Below, one piece after another: positions 1 to 9,970 of a DNA stretch of 34,862 bases (the first letter of the stretch is position 1; every line of letters begins with the position of its first letter). Source of the stretch: an uncultured Alphaproteobacteria bacterium (GTDB lineage: Bacteria; Pseudomonadota; Alphaproteobacteria; RF32; CAG-239); contig CALXWF010000009.1 of assembly GCA_944392285.1 (NCBI GenBank), positions 1 to 34,862 on the forward strand. The letters run 5' to 3'. The notes under the pieces were generated by a model that was not told the DNA's origin, did no database searches, and saw nothing but the letters and a program-made list of their open reading frames with translations. A program made the position numbers and the translations under genes.

Positions 1-55
1 CACGGCGTTCTCCGTCATCTTTGTATTTATAATTAATTACATTCACTCCGGCCAT
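1..55 (-). CDS. 5' end of an unidentified CDS running off the left edge (MAGVNVINYKYKDDGERR...)
   Basis: ATG at 55-53 is preceded by an AAAGGGGA Shine-Dalgarno-like motif about 5 nt upstream. The frame stays open to the window edge. Only 18 codons are visible, so no product call is made. Confidence 0.3.
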   Translation of the reverse strand, partial: MAGVNVINYKYKDDGERR

Positions 56-126
56 AACAATCCCCTTTCTTAACTTGTATTTATCATAGCATATTTTAGA
101 CAAAAAACAAGAATTATTTTCGCAAT

Positions 127-160
127 AAAAAGCGGCGCCCCTAACCTGGCCGCCGCTTTA
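127..160 (-). terminator. Intrinsic terminator downstream of pgk
   Basis: A 9-bp GC-rich stem (AAAGCGGCG 129-137 / CGCCGCTTT 151-159) is followed on the minus strand by TTTTATT. Confidence 0.6.
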
Positions 161-178
161 ATTGGCTCTTATCTTGTC

Positions 179-1387
179 TTATTTTTTTAAGACAACAACA
201 CCGGGAAGTTCTTTACCTTCCATCCACTCAAGGAAAGCACCGCCCGCGGTTGAGATGTAGCTGAATTTGTCAGCAACACCGGCATTTTCCAAAGCAGAAA
301 CCGTATCACCGCCACCGGCAACCGTCATCAGTTTTCCGGCTTCGGCCAACTCTGCCGCATGGCCGGCTACCTTGTTGGTGGCATTGTCAAAAGGTTTTAA
401 CTCAAAAACGCCTAAAGGTCCGTTCCATACCAAAGTTTTGCATTCATCAAGTTTTTGGTTAATGGCTGATATGCTTTTTTCGCCGACATCCATCAAAATC
501 CATCCTTCTGCCGGAATTTCATCTAAACCGACAGTTTTATGCTCGGCTTCAGCCTTAAACTCTTTTGATACAACAACATCTTTGGGCAAAATAATTTCAC
601 AGTTATTGGCTTTGGCCGTCTGCATAATTTCTTTTGATGTTTCAAGCATATCCATCTGGACCAAAGAGTTAGCCTCATTGACCGTGTCAATGCCGCTGGC
701 TTTCATAAAGGTATGCGCCATACCGCCGGAAATGACCAATTTGTCAACCTTCTTAACCAAGTTGTTCAACAAGTCAAGCTTGGTGGAAACTTTAGAACCG
801 CCGACAACAGCCATTAACGGACGTGTCGGATTGTTTAAGCCGCTTGATAAAGCCTTAACTTCTTCTTCCATCAAACGACCCATGGCCGCCGGACGTAATT
901 TGGCTGCGGCAACCATTGAAGCATGAGCGCGATGAGCCGTTGAAAAAGCATCTGATACATAAACATCTGCCGGTTTTACCAATTCGGCGGCAAATTTTTC
1001 ATCACCTTTTTTCTCTTCATCATAGAAACGAAGATTTTCAAGCAACAAAACTTCGTCTGCTTTCATGTTTTTAATGGCTTCTTCAACTTTGGGACCGATG
1101 CAGTCTTCAACAAATACAACTTTGTGTCCCAAAGCTTTTTCCATATCTTTTACAATGTGGCTTAAAGAGTTTTTCATATCGCCTTTGCCTTCCGGGCGAC
1201 CGAAGTGGCTGATAACAACAACTTTTGCGCCTTTGCTCATCAACTCTTTAATGGTCGGAACCGTACGGTCAATACGCGCCGTGTTGGTAACGTGAAAATT
1301 CTCATCCATAGGAACGTTTAAGTCAGCACGGAGCATTACGACTTTACCGCTCAAATTTCCCAAATCATCAATCGTTTTATATTCCAT
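179..1387 (-). CDS. pgk: Phosphoglycerate kinase
   Basis: This 402-aa ORF has the N-terminal RADLNVP motif, the AHRAHAS segment and the C-terminal GGGDT / STAGGAFLEW signatures typical of PGK. It lies directly downstream of gap. Confidence 0.95.
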   Translation of the reverse strand: MEYKTIDDLGNLSGKVVMLRADLNVPMDENFHVTNTARIDRTVPTIKELMSKGAKVVVISHFGRPEGKGDMKNSLSHIVKDMEKALGHKVVFVEDCIGPKVEEAIKNMKADEVLLLENLRFYDEEKKGDEKFAAELVKPADVYVSDAFSTAHRAHASMVAAAKLRPAAMGRLMEEEVKALSSGLNNPTRPLMAVVGGSKVSTKLDLLNNLVKKVDKLVISGGMAHTFMKASGIDTVNEANSLVQMDMLETSKEIMQTAKANNCEIILPKDVVVSKEFKAEAEHKTVGLDEIPAEGWILMDVGEKSISAINQKLDECKTLVWNGPLGVFELKPFDNATNKVAGHAAELAEAGKLMTVAGGGDTVSALENAGVADKFSYISTAGGAFLEWMEGKELPGVVVLKK

Positions 1388-1400
1388 TTGTTTATCCTAT

Positions 1401-1436
1401 AAAAAAAACAAAACCCCCTTGGCCCGCCAAGAGGGT
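1401..1436 (-). terminator. Intrinsic terminator-like hairpin between gap and pgk
   Basis: On the minus strand, CCCTCTTGG-CGGG-CCAAGGGGG is followed by TTTTGTTTTTTTT. Confidence 0.6.
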
Positions 1437-1451
1437 TTGTTTTATTTTTAA

Positions 1452-2459
<1,008 letters not shown>

Positions 2460-2584
2460 TTATATCCTTTTTAGTTTAGTGCGGAACGCCCCGCACAGGC
2501 ATCAATTAAAAAATCGTCTGCTAATGTAACATGAATCTTGTTTTTTTCAAGACAATTTTCACTTTTCCCCCGTAAGACAAAGAT

Positions 2585-2614
2585 TAAAAAAGCGGGGAAA
2601 ACTCTGCCCCCGCT
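2585..2614 (-). terminator. Intrinsic terminator downstream of the nitroreductase gene
   Basis: On the minus strand, stem GCGGGG / CCCCGC (2592-2597 / 2608-2613) is followed by TTTTTT. Confidence 0.55.
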
Positions 2615-2622
2615 CTTTGAGA

Positions 2623-3159
2623 TTACCATGTTTGCCAATGGATTTTTTCTTCTTTATACCTGTCTTCAGGTTGTTTCGGCGTTTCAGCCGGATAACCAAT
2701 CGGAACAATGGCAAACGGTCTGATATTGTCAGGCAGATGCAAATATTCTTTCAAATCATCTACGACTCTTTGCATCGGCGCCGCGCCGCAATAGCAAGCT
2801 CCCAAACCTTTGGCATGAGCCGCCAAAAGCAGGTTTTCGGTTGCAATGGCGCAATCAACATCAACAAAGCTCCATTTTTCATTGTCTTTGTCGCGGTTAA
2901 AAGACTGATTGATATCGCCGCAAACAAAAATGACGCAAGAAGCATCTTTGGCAAAAGAGGTCCAGCGTTGGATATGACGCAAATGCGCCAAAACCTCTTT
3001 ATCTTCAACGACCAAAAACTCCCACGGCTGACGATTGTGCGCTGTCGGCGCATATTGTGCCGCTTTAATGATTTCTTTGATGGTTTCGTGCGGAACTTTG
3101 CGCTCTGTATCATATTTGCGAATCGAGCGACGGGTTAATAACCCTTCCATTAAATCCAT
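2623..3159 (-). CDS. Nitroreductase family protein (FMN-dependent)
   Basis: This 178-aa ORF has the N-terminal RRSIRKY motif, APTAHNRQPWEF and GLGACY segments typical of the nitroreductase fold. An AAGGA ribosome-binding site lies upstream of the ATG. Confidence 0.85.
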   Translation of the reverse strand: MDLMEGLLTRRSIRKYDTERKVPHETIKEIIKAAQYAPTAHNRQPWEFLVVEDKEVLAHLRHIQRWTSFAKDASCVIFVCGDINQSFNRDKDNEKWSFVDVDCAIATENLLLAAHAKGLGACYCGAAPMQRVVDDLKEYLHLPDNIRPFAIVPIGYPAETPKQPEDRYKEEKIHWQTW

Positions 3160-3179
3160 GATATAAATCCTTGTGTTAT

Positions 3180-3806
3180 TTAATTTACTGTCCTGCGCAA
3201 GCTCTCAATTCTCGGGAGCACGGAATTTTCAATGATAAAGGCTATGGCCTTTTCTACCATTTTGTCCGTGTGGCTCAGGGCTTTTACAACTTCATCCAAA
3301 TTACTGCCTTTGTCAAGTTTTTTCCCTAAGCTATTGTAAACGCCAGATAATTCGCTTAAAGAATCTGTCATACGGGCAATGTAGGCCGGCAAATTTAAGT
3401 CTTGTTTGCCACCCCAAAAACCTTCAAGAAAACCATATTCAACTTCTACCAAGCGAATGTCGCATTGAAGTTTGAGACTTTCAACATCTTTAGAAAATTT
3501 GTGTGACGGCAGGGTTATTTTGTTTTCAGCCACCAAAGAAAACATTTCATCCCACAAACCCATAAAAAACTTAAAAAACAAATCTGCCTCTTCTTTGGTT
3601 TCAAGCCTGGGGGTCTTGCCCTCCGGCCACAAAGAAGATATGACATCTGCCGGACGAAGCTCCAGATTAGGACTGCAGACGGCGCCGGCAAAACGCATCT
3701 TAATTACCGACAAAGGAGTCGGGCAGTTATAATGCTCTAAGAGTTTTAAAAATTTATCATCTCCGATATAATTGTTTTTTTCGCTTTGCATTTTTTTCTT
3801 CTTCAT
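3180..3806 (-). CDS. Hypothetical protein, possibly UPF0149/YecA-like
   Basis: This 208-aa ORF fills the gap between neighbouring genes on the same strand. The family assignment rests only on remembered similarity of the central segment (CSPNLELRPADVISSLWPEG...EEADLFFKFFMGLWDEM) to UPF0149 proteins. Confidence 0.55.
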   Translation of the reverse strand: MKKKKMQSEKNNYIGDDKFLKLLEHYNCPTPLSVIKMRFAGAVCSPNLELRPADVISSLWPEGKTPRLETKEEADLFFKFFMGLWDEMFSLVAENKITLPSHKFSKDVESLKLQCDIRLVEVEYGFLEGFWGGKQDLNLPAYIARMTDSLSELSGVYNSLGKKLDKGSNLDEVVKALSHTDKMVEKAIAFIIENSVLPRIESLRRTVN

Positions 3807-3836
3807 ATATAACGTTTAATAAGTTTCTTAAATGTA

Positions 3837-4238
3837 ATGGAGTTTTTTAAATTGTCCAGACCAAAAAGATTGTTTGTTTTGCTGCTGATAGCTTATCTTA
3901 GCGGTTGCGCTTGGGCTAAGCCTTATGTCGACCGGCGGCGCGAGGCCGGCATCAGCGACCCGGACAAACTCTATATCGGCCTATCAAAACCCGATAAACC
4001 GGCCATTTGCTACAACAAATGGGCCAGCGACTATGCCGAAGTAAAAAAATTGGCCGATGAGGAATGTGTGAAACAAAAAACCGGAAGCCATGCCGAACCC
4101 GTGGAACAAAAAATTATGAGCTGCAAGCTCTTTACCCCCAACCATTTTATTTTTAAGTGTGTCGGAACCCCGCCCTCGGAACCCGCAAACACTGAAGATT
4201 TTAATTATGAGGAAAATACTTATGAATTTATCAATTGA
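3837..4238 (+). CDS. Small Cys-containing lipoprotein, function unknown
   Basis: This 133-aa ORF has a signal peptide ending in the lipobox LSGC (LLLIAYLSGCAW). Its 3' end overlaps the argS start by 17 nt. Confidence 0.6.
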   Translation: MEFFKLSRPKRLFVLLLIAYLSGCAWAKPYVDRRREAGISDPDKLYIGLSKPDKPAICYNKWASDYAEVKKLADEECVKQKTGSHAEPVEQKIMSCKLFTPNHFIFKCVGTPPSEPANTEDFNYEENTYEFIN

Positions 4239-5970
4239 AAAAATTATTAATCAAAAACTGGCCGCTTGTTTTGACAAACTCGGGTTAGACAACAGTTTTG
4301 CCGTCGTTAAAGTTTCGGATCGTCCGGATTTGAGCGATTTTCAATGCAACGGCGCCTTGGCTCTGGCAAAAAAAGAAAAGAAAAACCCGCGTGAAATTGC
4401 CGCACAAATCGCCACTGAACTTGAAAAAGACCAAGATTTTGCCAAGATTTCAATTGACGGACCGGGGTTTATTAACCTCTCGCTTAAAGACGAAGCCATT
4501 GCCAAAATTCTTGACCAGATTGCCGCAGATAAACGTTTTGGCGTGGCAAAAGTCAGTGAACCTAAAAAAGTCGTTATGGATTTCGGCGGGCCGAATGTGG
4601 CTAAGGCCATGCATGTCGGTCACTTGCGCGCAGCCGTTATCGGCGAATCGCTCCAAAGAATCGAACGTTTCTTCGGTAATGAGGTGGTTTCTGACGTGCA
4701 TTTGGGCGATTGGGGAACGCCGATGGGCATGATTATTGCCGAAATCATTAAACAAGACGGTAATCTTGATAAAGCCCTTAACTATAATATTGATGAAATT
4801 ACCGAATTTTATAAGGCTGCCAACCTGCGTTGCAAAGAAGACGAAGCCGCTAAAGAAGATGCCAGACAAATTACGGCTCAGTTGCAAGACGGCAACCCGG
4901 AATATCGCCGCGTCTGGCAACATCTGCGTGAAGCCTCGGTAAGCGCCATTAAGAAAAATTATGACGCCTTGGATATTCATTTTGACTTGTGGCTCGGTGA
5001 AAGTGATGCGCATAAGGCCAGCGGCGAAGTGGTTAAACTGGCTGAAGATAAAGGTTTGTCCGAGCTTGATGACGGGGCAAGAATCTTGCGCTTAGAAGAA
5101 AGCAACAAGCCCAAACCTCCGGTTATCCTCATTAAGAGCGACGGGGCTTTCGGATATCAGATTACCGATATTGCAACCATTAAAGACCGTGTGGAAACAC
5201 TTAAAGCCGAAGAGATTATCTACGTTGTCGATAAACGCCAATCTTTGCACTTTGAACAAGTTTTTGAGGCGGTTGACAAACTTGGAATCGCCAAAGGCGT
5301 TAAGATGGTTCATATCGGTTTCGGAACGGTAAACGGCCAAGACGGCAAACCTTTCAAAACCCGTGACGGCGGCGTTATGACTTTGGAAAATCTGATTGAG
5401 ATGTCTAAGGAAAAAGTCAGCGAATCTATGCCTTCTGCTCAAGAAGCTCCGGAATATTCTCAAGACTATATTGATAACTTGACCCGCCAGATTGCCGTGG
5501 CTGCCATTAAGTTCCAAGACTTGAAAAATTCTATTGCCTCGGGTTATGTATTTGATTTGGAAGATTTTGCAAAATTTGAAGGCAAAACCGGCCCTTATAT
5601 TCAATATGCCATTGCCAGAATTAACTCTATTATTCGCAAAGCCAAAGAAAATAACGTGGCTTTCGGCAAAATCATTATCAGCAATGCGGAAGAAAGAGTG
5701 TTGGCTCTGAAACTCTTGCAATTAAATAATACTTTGCATCGGGCGTTGAACGAATATGAGCCGAGCATTATCTCTGATTATGCCTATACTCTGGCACAAA
5801 CATTCAGCAGCTTTTACAATGCCTCGCCGATTATCAGCGCCGAAACGCCACAGTTGGCCGCTTCTCGTCTGCAAATGGCAAAATTGGTGCGCGATGTTTT
5901 GACCTTGCTTCTTTACTTGCTCGGTATTGAAGCACCGGAAGTGATGTTAAAACGCGCCGAAAACGAATAA
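4222..5970 (+). CDS. argS: Arginine--tRNA ligase
   Basis: It shows class I aaRS architecture with the HIGH-type motif (AMHVGHLR), an ArgRS N-terminal domain and a C-terminal anticodon-binding region. I chose the start at ATG 4222 (MNLSIEKI...) because the upstream part of the 4159 ORF overlaps the lipoprotein CDS. Confidence 0.92.
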   Translation: MNLSIEKIINQKLAACFDKLGLDNSFAVVKVSDRPDLSDFQCNGALALAKKEKKNPREIAAQIATELEKDQDFAKISIDGPGFINLSLKDEAIAKILDQIAADKRFGVAKVSEPKKVVMDFGGPNVAKAMHVGHLRAAVIGESLQRIERFFGNEVVSDVHLGDWGTPMGMIIAEIIKQDGNLDKALNYNIDEITEFYKAANLRCKEDEAAKEDARQITAQLQDGNPEYRRVWQHLREASVSAIKKNYDALDIHFDLWLGESDAHKASGEVVKLAEDKGLSELDDGARILRLEESNKPKPPVILIKSDGAFGYQITDIATIKDRVETLKAEEIIYVVDKRQSLHFEQVFEAVDKLGIAKGVKMVHIGFGTVNGQDGKPFKTRDGGVMTLENLIEMSKEKVSESMPSAQEAPEYSQDYIDNLTRQIAVAAIKFQDLKNSIASGYVFDLEDFAKFEGKTGPYIQYAIARINSIIRKAKENNVAFGKIIISNAEERVLALKLLQLNNTLHRALNEYEPSIISDYAYTLAQTFSSFYNASPIISAETPQLAASRLQMAKLVRDVLTLLLYLLGIEAPEVMLKRAENE

Positions 5971-5975
5971 GCAAT

Positions 5976-6008
5976 AAAAAACTCCGACGAAAGCCGGAGT
6001 TTTTTCTT
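5976..6008. terminator. Bidirectional intrinsic terminator between convergent argS and the zinc-ribbon gene
   Basis: Stem ACTCCG / CGGAGT (5981-5986 / 5995-6000) is flanked by an A-run on the left and a T-run on the right. Confidence 0.6.
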
Positions 6009-6010
6009 CC

Positions 6011-6850
6011 CTAATTTTCTTTATCAATAAAGGTTAAATAAATATATTTGGTTAAAGATGACGGCTTGGCCAAAATGATGTTAAAAGCCACGTTTCCGTT
6101 CGGCTGAACAGAATTAAGCGGCGGCGTAATATCTTTTTCTTCAATGAACTCGGCGTCGCGATTTAACAACTCGACATGGATGGTCGGAATTTTGATTTCA
6201 TGGTCAGTGGTATTAACGATAAAACCTTTGATTTCCATATGATTAATATCATCTTTTTCAAATTCACGGCGAGTGATGTTTTGAAATTCAAGCCCTTCTC
6301 CGGGGATGGTGGCTTTGATACCGACCAAACTATATACCGGCTCCATAAAAGCGACATGACGCACAACCGCATAACGCCAATTGTATAATGCCAATAACAA
6401 CAAGGTCAGCAATAATACAATATAATATTTATAATTGCTGCGACGATTGAGGCCAAAAAAGTCACGAATTTGATACCAGATTTTTTTATATGCAGGCACG
6501 GAGGCTTCTGCGGCAAAAACTTCTTCCGTTTTGGCAGAAAGGCGGGCAAACATTTCTTTAATGTCGTCACTTTGCGTGGGGGCTTCTTGCGCGGGAGACT
6601 CTGTTGCCGTTTGGGTTTCAGATGCCGATGACGGCTGCTCGGCTGCGGCGGGAGCACTTTCTTCAACAGCGAGTGCCTGCGTAATCTCAACATCGTCATC
6701 AAAAGATTCTGCCTGAAGATTTATGGATATTTCACAATCTTTAGGCACAAAGACTTCATGACAATTGGCGCAGCGCACTTTTTTAAGCTCTCCGGCCAGA
6801 TTATCGGCAATTTCATATGCGGTTTTACATTTCGGACAACAAATCTGCAT
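6011..6850 (-). CDS. Zinc-ribbon (MJ0042-type) membrane protein with DUF3426-like C-terminal domain
   Basis: This 279-aa ORF has an N-terminal CPKC...CANC zinc ribbon, a low-complexity Ala/Glu/Ser/Thr linker, one TM helix (YYIVLLLTLLLLALY) and a C-terminal beta-rich domain. The same kind of gene sits divergent from ftsEX in many alphaproteobacteria (recollection). Confidence 0.75.
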   Translation of the reverse strand: MQICCPKCKTAYEIADNLAGELKKVRCANCHEVFVPKDCEISINLQAESFDDDVEITQALAVEESAPAAAEQPSSASETQTATESPAQEAPTQSDDIKEMFARLSAKTEEVFAAEASVPAYKKIWYQIRDFFGLNRRSNYKYYIVLLLTLLLLALYNWRYAVVRHVAFMEPVYSLVGIKATIPGEGLEFQNITRREFEKDDINHMEIKGFIVNTTDHEIKIPTIHVELLNRDAEFIEEKDITPPLNSVQPNGNVAFNIILAKPSSLTKYIYLTFIDKEN

Positions 6851-6972
6851 TTTTCTTCCTCTGTTGTTACTATAGGCATAAAAAGTATTTAATCAAATTA
6901 AAAAAAGATTTTATTAAATAGATTATTTACTGTATCTTATAGAAAAAATATGAGAATCGGAGTTTTGACAAA

Positions 6973-7698
6973 TTGCTGAAGATTAATCAGGGCGACCCTA
7001 TTATTGAAATGCAGAACGTCGGCATCCGCTATGGTCAGGGGCCGGAGATTTTGAGCGATATCAAGTTATCTCTCAAAAAAGGCTCTTTTCACTTTCTGAC
7101 CGGGAAAAGCGGCGCCGGCAAAACTTCTTTGCTGAGCATGATGTATTTGGCTCAAAAACCCAGCCGCGGAATTGTCAGTGTCTTTGGGAAAAACGTCAAT
7201 TTCACCAATCGAGACAGCTTGGCCATGTTACGGCGCAGAATCGGCGTTGTGTTTCAAGACTTTCGCCTGTTGGACCATCTGTCTGCTTTTGATAATGTGG
7301 CACTTCCGTTGCGTGTGTGCGGAATGGAAGAGCAAGAAGTAAAAAAAAGAGTGGTTGAACTCCTTTCTTGGGTAGAACTCAGCAAACATATGCAAGCAAC
7401 GCCGGCAACGCTTTCAGGCGGAGAGAAACAGCGAATCGCCATTGCCCGCGCCGTTATTAATCGCCCCGATATTTTGCTCGCCGACGAGCCGACCGGAAAC
7501 GTTGATAACGATATTGCCCCAAAACTTATGAAACTTTTTGTTGAACTTAACAAACTCGGAACCACGGTTGTTATTGCAACTCACAGCGAAAAGCTGATTT
7601 CTGATTTTGCTTATCCGCGTCTGCATTTGCAAAACCACGGTTTGCGGATTTATAATGCCAACGACCTTACGGGAATGGGAGGCGGCAGCCATGCTTAA
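6973..7698 (+). CDS. ftsE: Cell division ATP-binding protein FtsE
   Basis: It carries Walker A GKSGAGKT, the ABC signature LSGGEKQR and Walker B ILLADEPT. An FtsX-type permease follows it. The TTG start at 6973 has GGAG about 10 nt upstream; ATG 7009 is an alternative start. Confidence 0.9.
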   Translation: MLKINQGDPIIEMQNVGIRYGQGPEILSDIKLSLKKGSFHFLTGKSGAGKTSLLSMMYLAQKPSRGIVSVFGKNVNFTNRDSLAMLRRRIGVVFQDFRLLDHLSAFDNVALPLRVCGMEEQEVKKRVVELLSWVELSKHMQATPATLSGGEKQRIAIARAVINRPDILLADEPTGNVDNDIAPKLMKLFVELNKLGTTVVIATHSEKLISDFAYPRLHLQNHGLRIYNANDLTGMGGGSHA

Positions 7699-8611
7699 AC
7701 AAGCCCCTATCTTTATTGCACGTAAACAAGAGCTCCCGCTTGACAGTGACAGTTCAAGCCCGTTTTTGAAAGTGATGATTTCGATTGCCGTCTTTTTGTT
7801 TGCGGTGACTTTGGCGGGCGTTATGTCTATTAACGCCATGTTGATTAATTGGAACGAAAGTATTCTCGGGTCTTTGACGGTGCAGATTATGCCGGTCAAT
7901 AATATTGATAAAGCCAAAGCTACCGCGCAAACACTGGCGCATCAGGAAAAAGCCATTGAAGCCCTCAAAACTATTGAGGCGGTTGAAAAAGTCAGCCCGC
8001 TTGAAGATAAACAACTGCAAGCTCTTATCAGACCTTGGCTCGGAGATGGGGTTAAACTTGAAAATCTGCCCATTCCGCGGTTGATTGATGTTAAGCTCAA
8101 AAAAGGTGCAACACTTGACTTTGCGCAAACAGCCGAAAAACTTGCCGAAGCCACGCCTTATGCTTCGCTTGATAATCATAAACTTTGGCTCAGCAAACTC
8201 ATCAGCTTTGCCGACGGCTTAAAAATGCTGGCTCTGGCGGCTTTGGTCTTGGTAATTTTGATTACATCCGGCGCAATCTTTTATACAACTCAAACCTCGC
8301 TCGGCCTGCATTGTTATATTATTGAGATTTTGCACCAAATGGGAGCAAAAGACGCTTATATTGCGCAACAATATGCCAAACGCACGGCTTGGCTCGGCTT
8401 GGTCGGCGGCTGTATCGGTGTGTTGTTGGCGGTTCCGACCATCTTTTTGATTTCAGGCTTGGCCTCACAAATTGAGGGCGGCATTATCAGCGAAGCCAGA
8501 TTGTCGGCTTTTTCTTGGCTCATTATTTTGAGCTTGCCTTTGTTTTCCGGCTTAATCTCTATGCTGACAGCTTATTATACGGTTAAAAACACTTTACAAA
8601 AGATGATGTAA
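7691..8611 (+). CDS. ftsX: Cell division permease FtsX
   Basis: It has one TM helix, a large periplasmic loop and three C-terminal TM helices, as expected for FtsX. ATG 7691 overlaps the ftsE stop by 8 nt, which suggests translational coupling. The longer 7607 ORF start lies inside ftsE. Confidence 0.85.
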   Translation: MLKQAPIFIARKQELPLDSDSSSPFLKVMISIAVFLFAVTLAGVMSINAMLINWNESILGSLTVQIMPVNNIDKAKATAQTLAHQEKAIEALKTIEAVEKVSPLEDKQLQALIRPWLGDGVKLENLPIPRLIDVKLKKGATLDFAQTAEKLAEATPYASLDNHKLWLSKLISFADGLKMLALAALVLVILITSGAIFYTTQTSLGLHCYIIEILHQMGAKDAYIAQQYAKRTAWLGLVGGCIGVLLAVPTIFLISGLASQIEGGIISEARLSAFSWLIILSLPLFSGLISMLTAYYTVKNTLQKMM

Positions 8612-8612
8612 A

Positions 8613-9182
8613 ATGAAAAAACTGATTGCATATTTATTCATGGCCGGCGTGTTTTTGTGGTTTGTCGGGTTTTGGGCTTTTAATTATCATATTAACCATT
8701 ATCCGAAACCAAGTGATGAAAAAACCGAAGCCATTATTGCCTTAACCGGCGGCAAAAACAGAATCGCCGAAGCCGTTGAGCTCCTTAATCAGGGTAAGGC
8801 TGATAAGCTGTTTATCTCCGGCGTTGAAAAAAATATTTCGCTGCAAGATATTGAAAGAAGAAAAGACGTCGTTATTAAAACCAAACGCGAGATTTTGCTC
8901 GGCAACGGCGCAACAAACACGGTGGAAAACGCTATTGAAACAACCGAGTGGCTCCGTAAAAACAATATTTCTTCCATCAGGCTTGTGACATCTAATTATC
9001 ATATTCCGAGAAGTTTGGAAGAATTTTATGCAAAAAACCCTGATTTGAAAATTATTATCCACCCTGTTTATTCGGAAAATATTGCAAAAAAATGGTGGAA
9101 AAATCCGGGCAGCTTCTTACTTATTGCGTCGGAATATAATAAATTTTTATATGTCTGGTTGAGCCGACGCCTGAACTTTTGA
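8613..9182 (+). CDS. YdcF/SanA/ElyC family (DUF218) membrane-anchored protein
   Basis: This 189-aa ORF has an N-terminal TM helix and the DUF218 motifs ALTGGKNRI, LFISGV and TSNYHIPRS. Its start lies 2 nt after the ftsX stop. Confidence 0.8.
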   Translation: MKKLIAYLFMAGVFLWFVGFWAFNYHINHYPKPSDEKTEAIIALTGGKNRIAEAVELLNQGKADKLFISGVEKNISLQDIERRKDVVIKTKREILLGNGATNTVENAIETTEWLRKNNISSIRLVTSNYHIPRSLEEFYAKNPDLKIIIHPVYSENIAKKWWKNPGSFLLIASEYNKFLYVWLSRRLNF

Positions 9183-9197
9183 TTTTGCGAGGTAACG

Positions 9198-9968
9198 ATG
9201 ATTTATATCCGCTCTCTTATTTATAACATTATCGGCTACGGCACCATTGCTTTCGGCTCGATTTTATGCTCAATTTTCGGGCTGTTTGTACCGCAAAGAT
9301 GGATGATTATTTTGTGGAATGATTATTTGCTGATATTCTCTCGCTGGTGTCTTAAAGTTATTTGCGGACTTGAAATTGAAATCAGAGGGCAGCAATATAT
9401 TCAGCAAGAGGGCGCTATCTTTGCCTGCAAACATGAATCTGCCGTTGAGACTTATTATCTGACAACATTTTTGAAAAAAGCCACTTTTATCTTCAAAAAA
9501 GAGTTGGCTTATATTCCGCTGTTTGGCTGGGCTATTTATTTTTACGGCTCGGTTCCGGTTGATCGTGCCGGCGGCAGCGCTGCCATGAAAAAGATGCTGA
9601 AAGACAGCAAAAAACTTTTAAATGACGGACGTTCCATCATTATCTTTCCTGAAGGAACAAGAACAAAACCGGGCAAGACAACCGCTTATAAACCGGGATT
9701 GGCCTTTTTATATCAAAACACCGATGCGCCGGTGATTCCGGTTGCCACAAATACCGGCCTTTTTTGGACCAAGCGTTCTTTCCTAAGGCATCCGGGGAAA
9801 ATTGTATTTGAGTTTTTGCCTCCCATGCCCAGAGGATTGCAGAAAAAAGAATTTATGGATGAATTGCAAAAAAGAATCGAAGCCAAATGCGCCGAGCTTA
9901 ATGCCGAAGCCATAAAAAAATATCCGCAAGCAAAAGCAATTTATGAAGAAGCCCAAAAAGGAAACTGA
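9198..9968 (+). CDS. plsC: 1-acyl-sn-glycerol-3-phosphate acyltransferase
   Basis: It has acyltransferase motif I (KHESAVET, the HX4E/D type) and motif III (IIFPEGTRTKPG), plus an N-terminal TM segment. A GAGG ribosome-binding site precedes the ATG. Confidence 0.85.
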   Translation: MIYIRSLIYNIIGYGTIAFGSILCSIFGLFVPQRWMIILWNDYLLIFSRWCLKVICGLEIEIRGQQYIQQEGAIFACKHESAVETYYLTTFLKKATFIFKKELAYIPLFGWAIYFYGSVPVDRAGGSAAMKKMLKDSKKLLNDGRSIIIFPEGTRTKPGKTTAYKPGLAFLYQNTDAPVIPVATNTGLFWTKRSFLRHPGKIVFEFLPPMPRGLQKKEFMDELQKRIEAKCAELNAEAIKKYPQAKAIYEEAQKGN

Positions 9969-9970
9969 TT

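Noticed and set aside
2617-3138. 173-aa plus-strand ORF (and 2760-3113 minus) overlapping the nitroreductase gene
   Set aside because: These are shadow frames of a gene with clear family motifs. The same reasoning applies to the antisense or alternate-frame ORFs within pgk, gap, argS (4341-5721), the zinc-ribbon gene, ftsEX (7254-8179), ydcF, plsC, the DUF2125 gene, rsmD/rlu, smpB, bactofilin, M23, the GT2 gene, mscK, asd-like, the 313-aa gene, rplS, trmD, rimM, rpsP, ffh, glyQS and the recombinase/Rep genes.
4159-4221. Upstream extension of argS (start at 4159)
   Set aside because: The extension overlaps the lipoprotein CDS. The conserved ArgRS N-terminus begins at MNLSIEKI (ATG 4222).
6851-6972. 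SOS/LexA-type operator in the divergent zinc-ribbon/ftsE promoter region (tactgtatcttataga)
   Set aside because: The CTGT half-site lacks the matching ACAG partner, and no GAAC-N7-GTTC-type alphaproteobacterial box is present.
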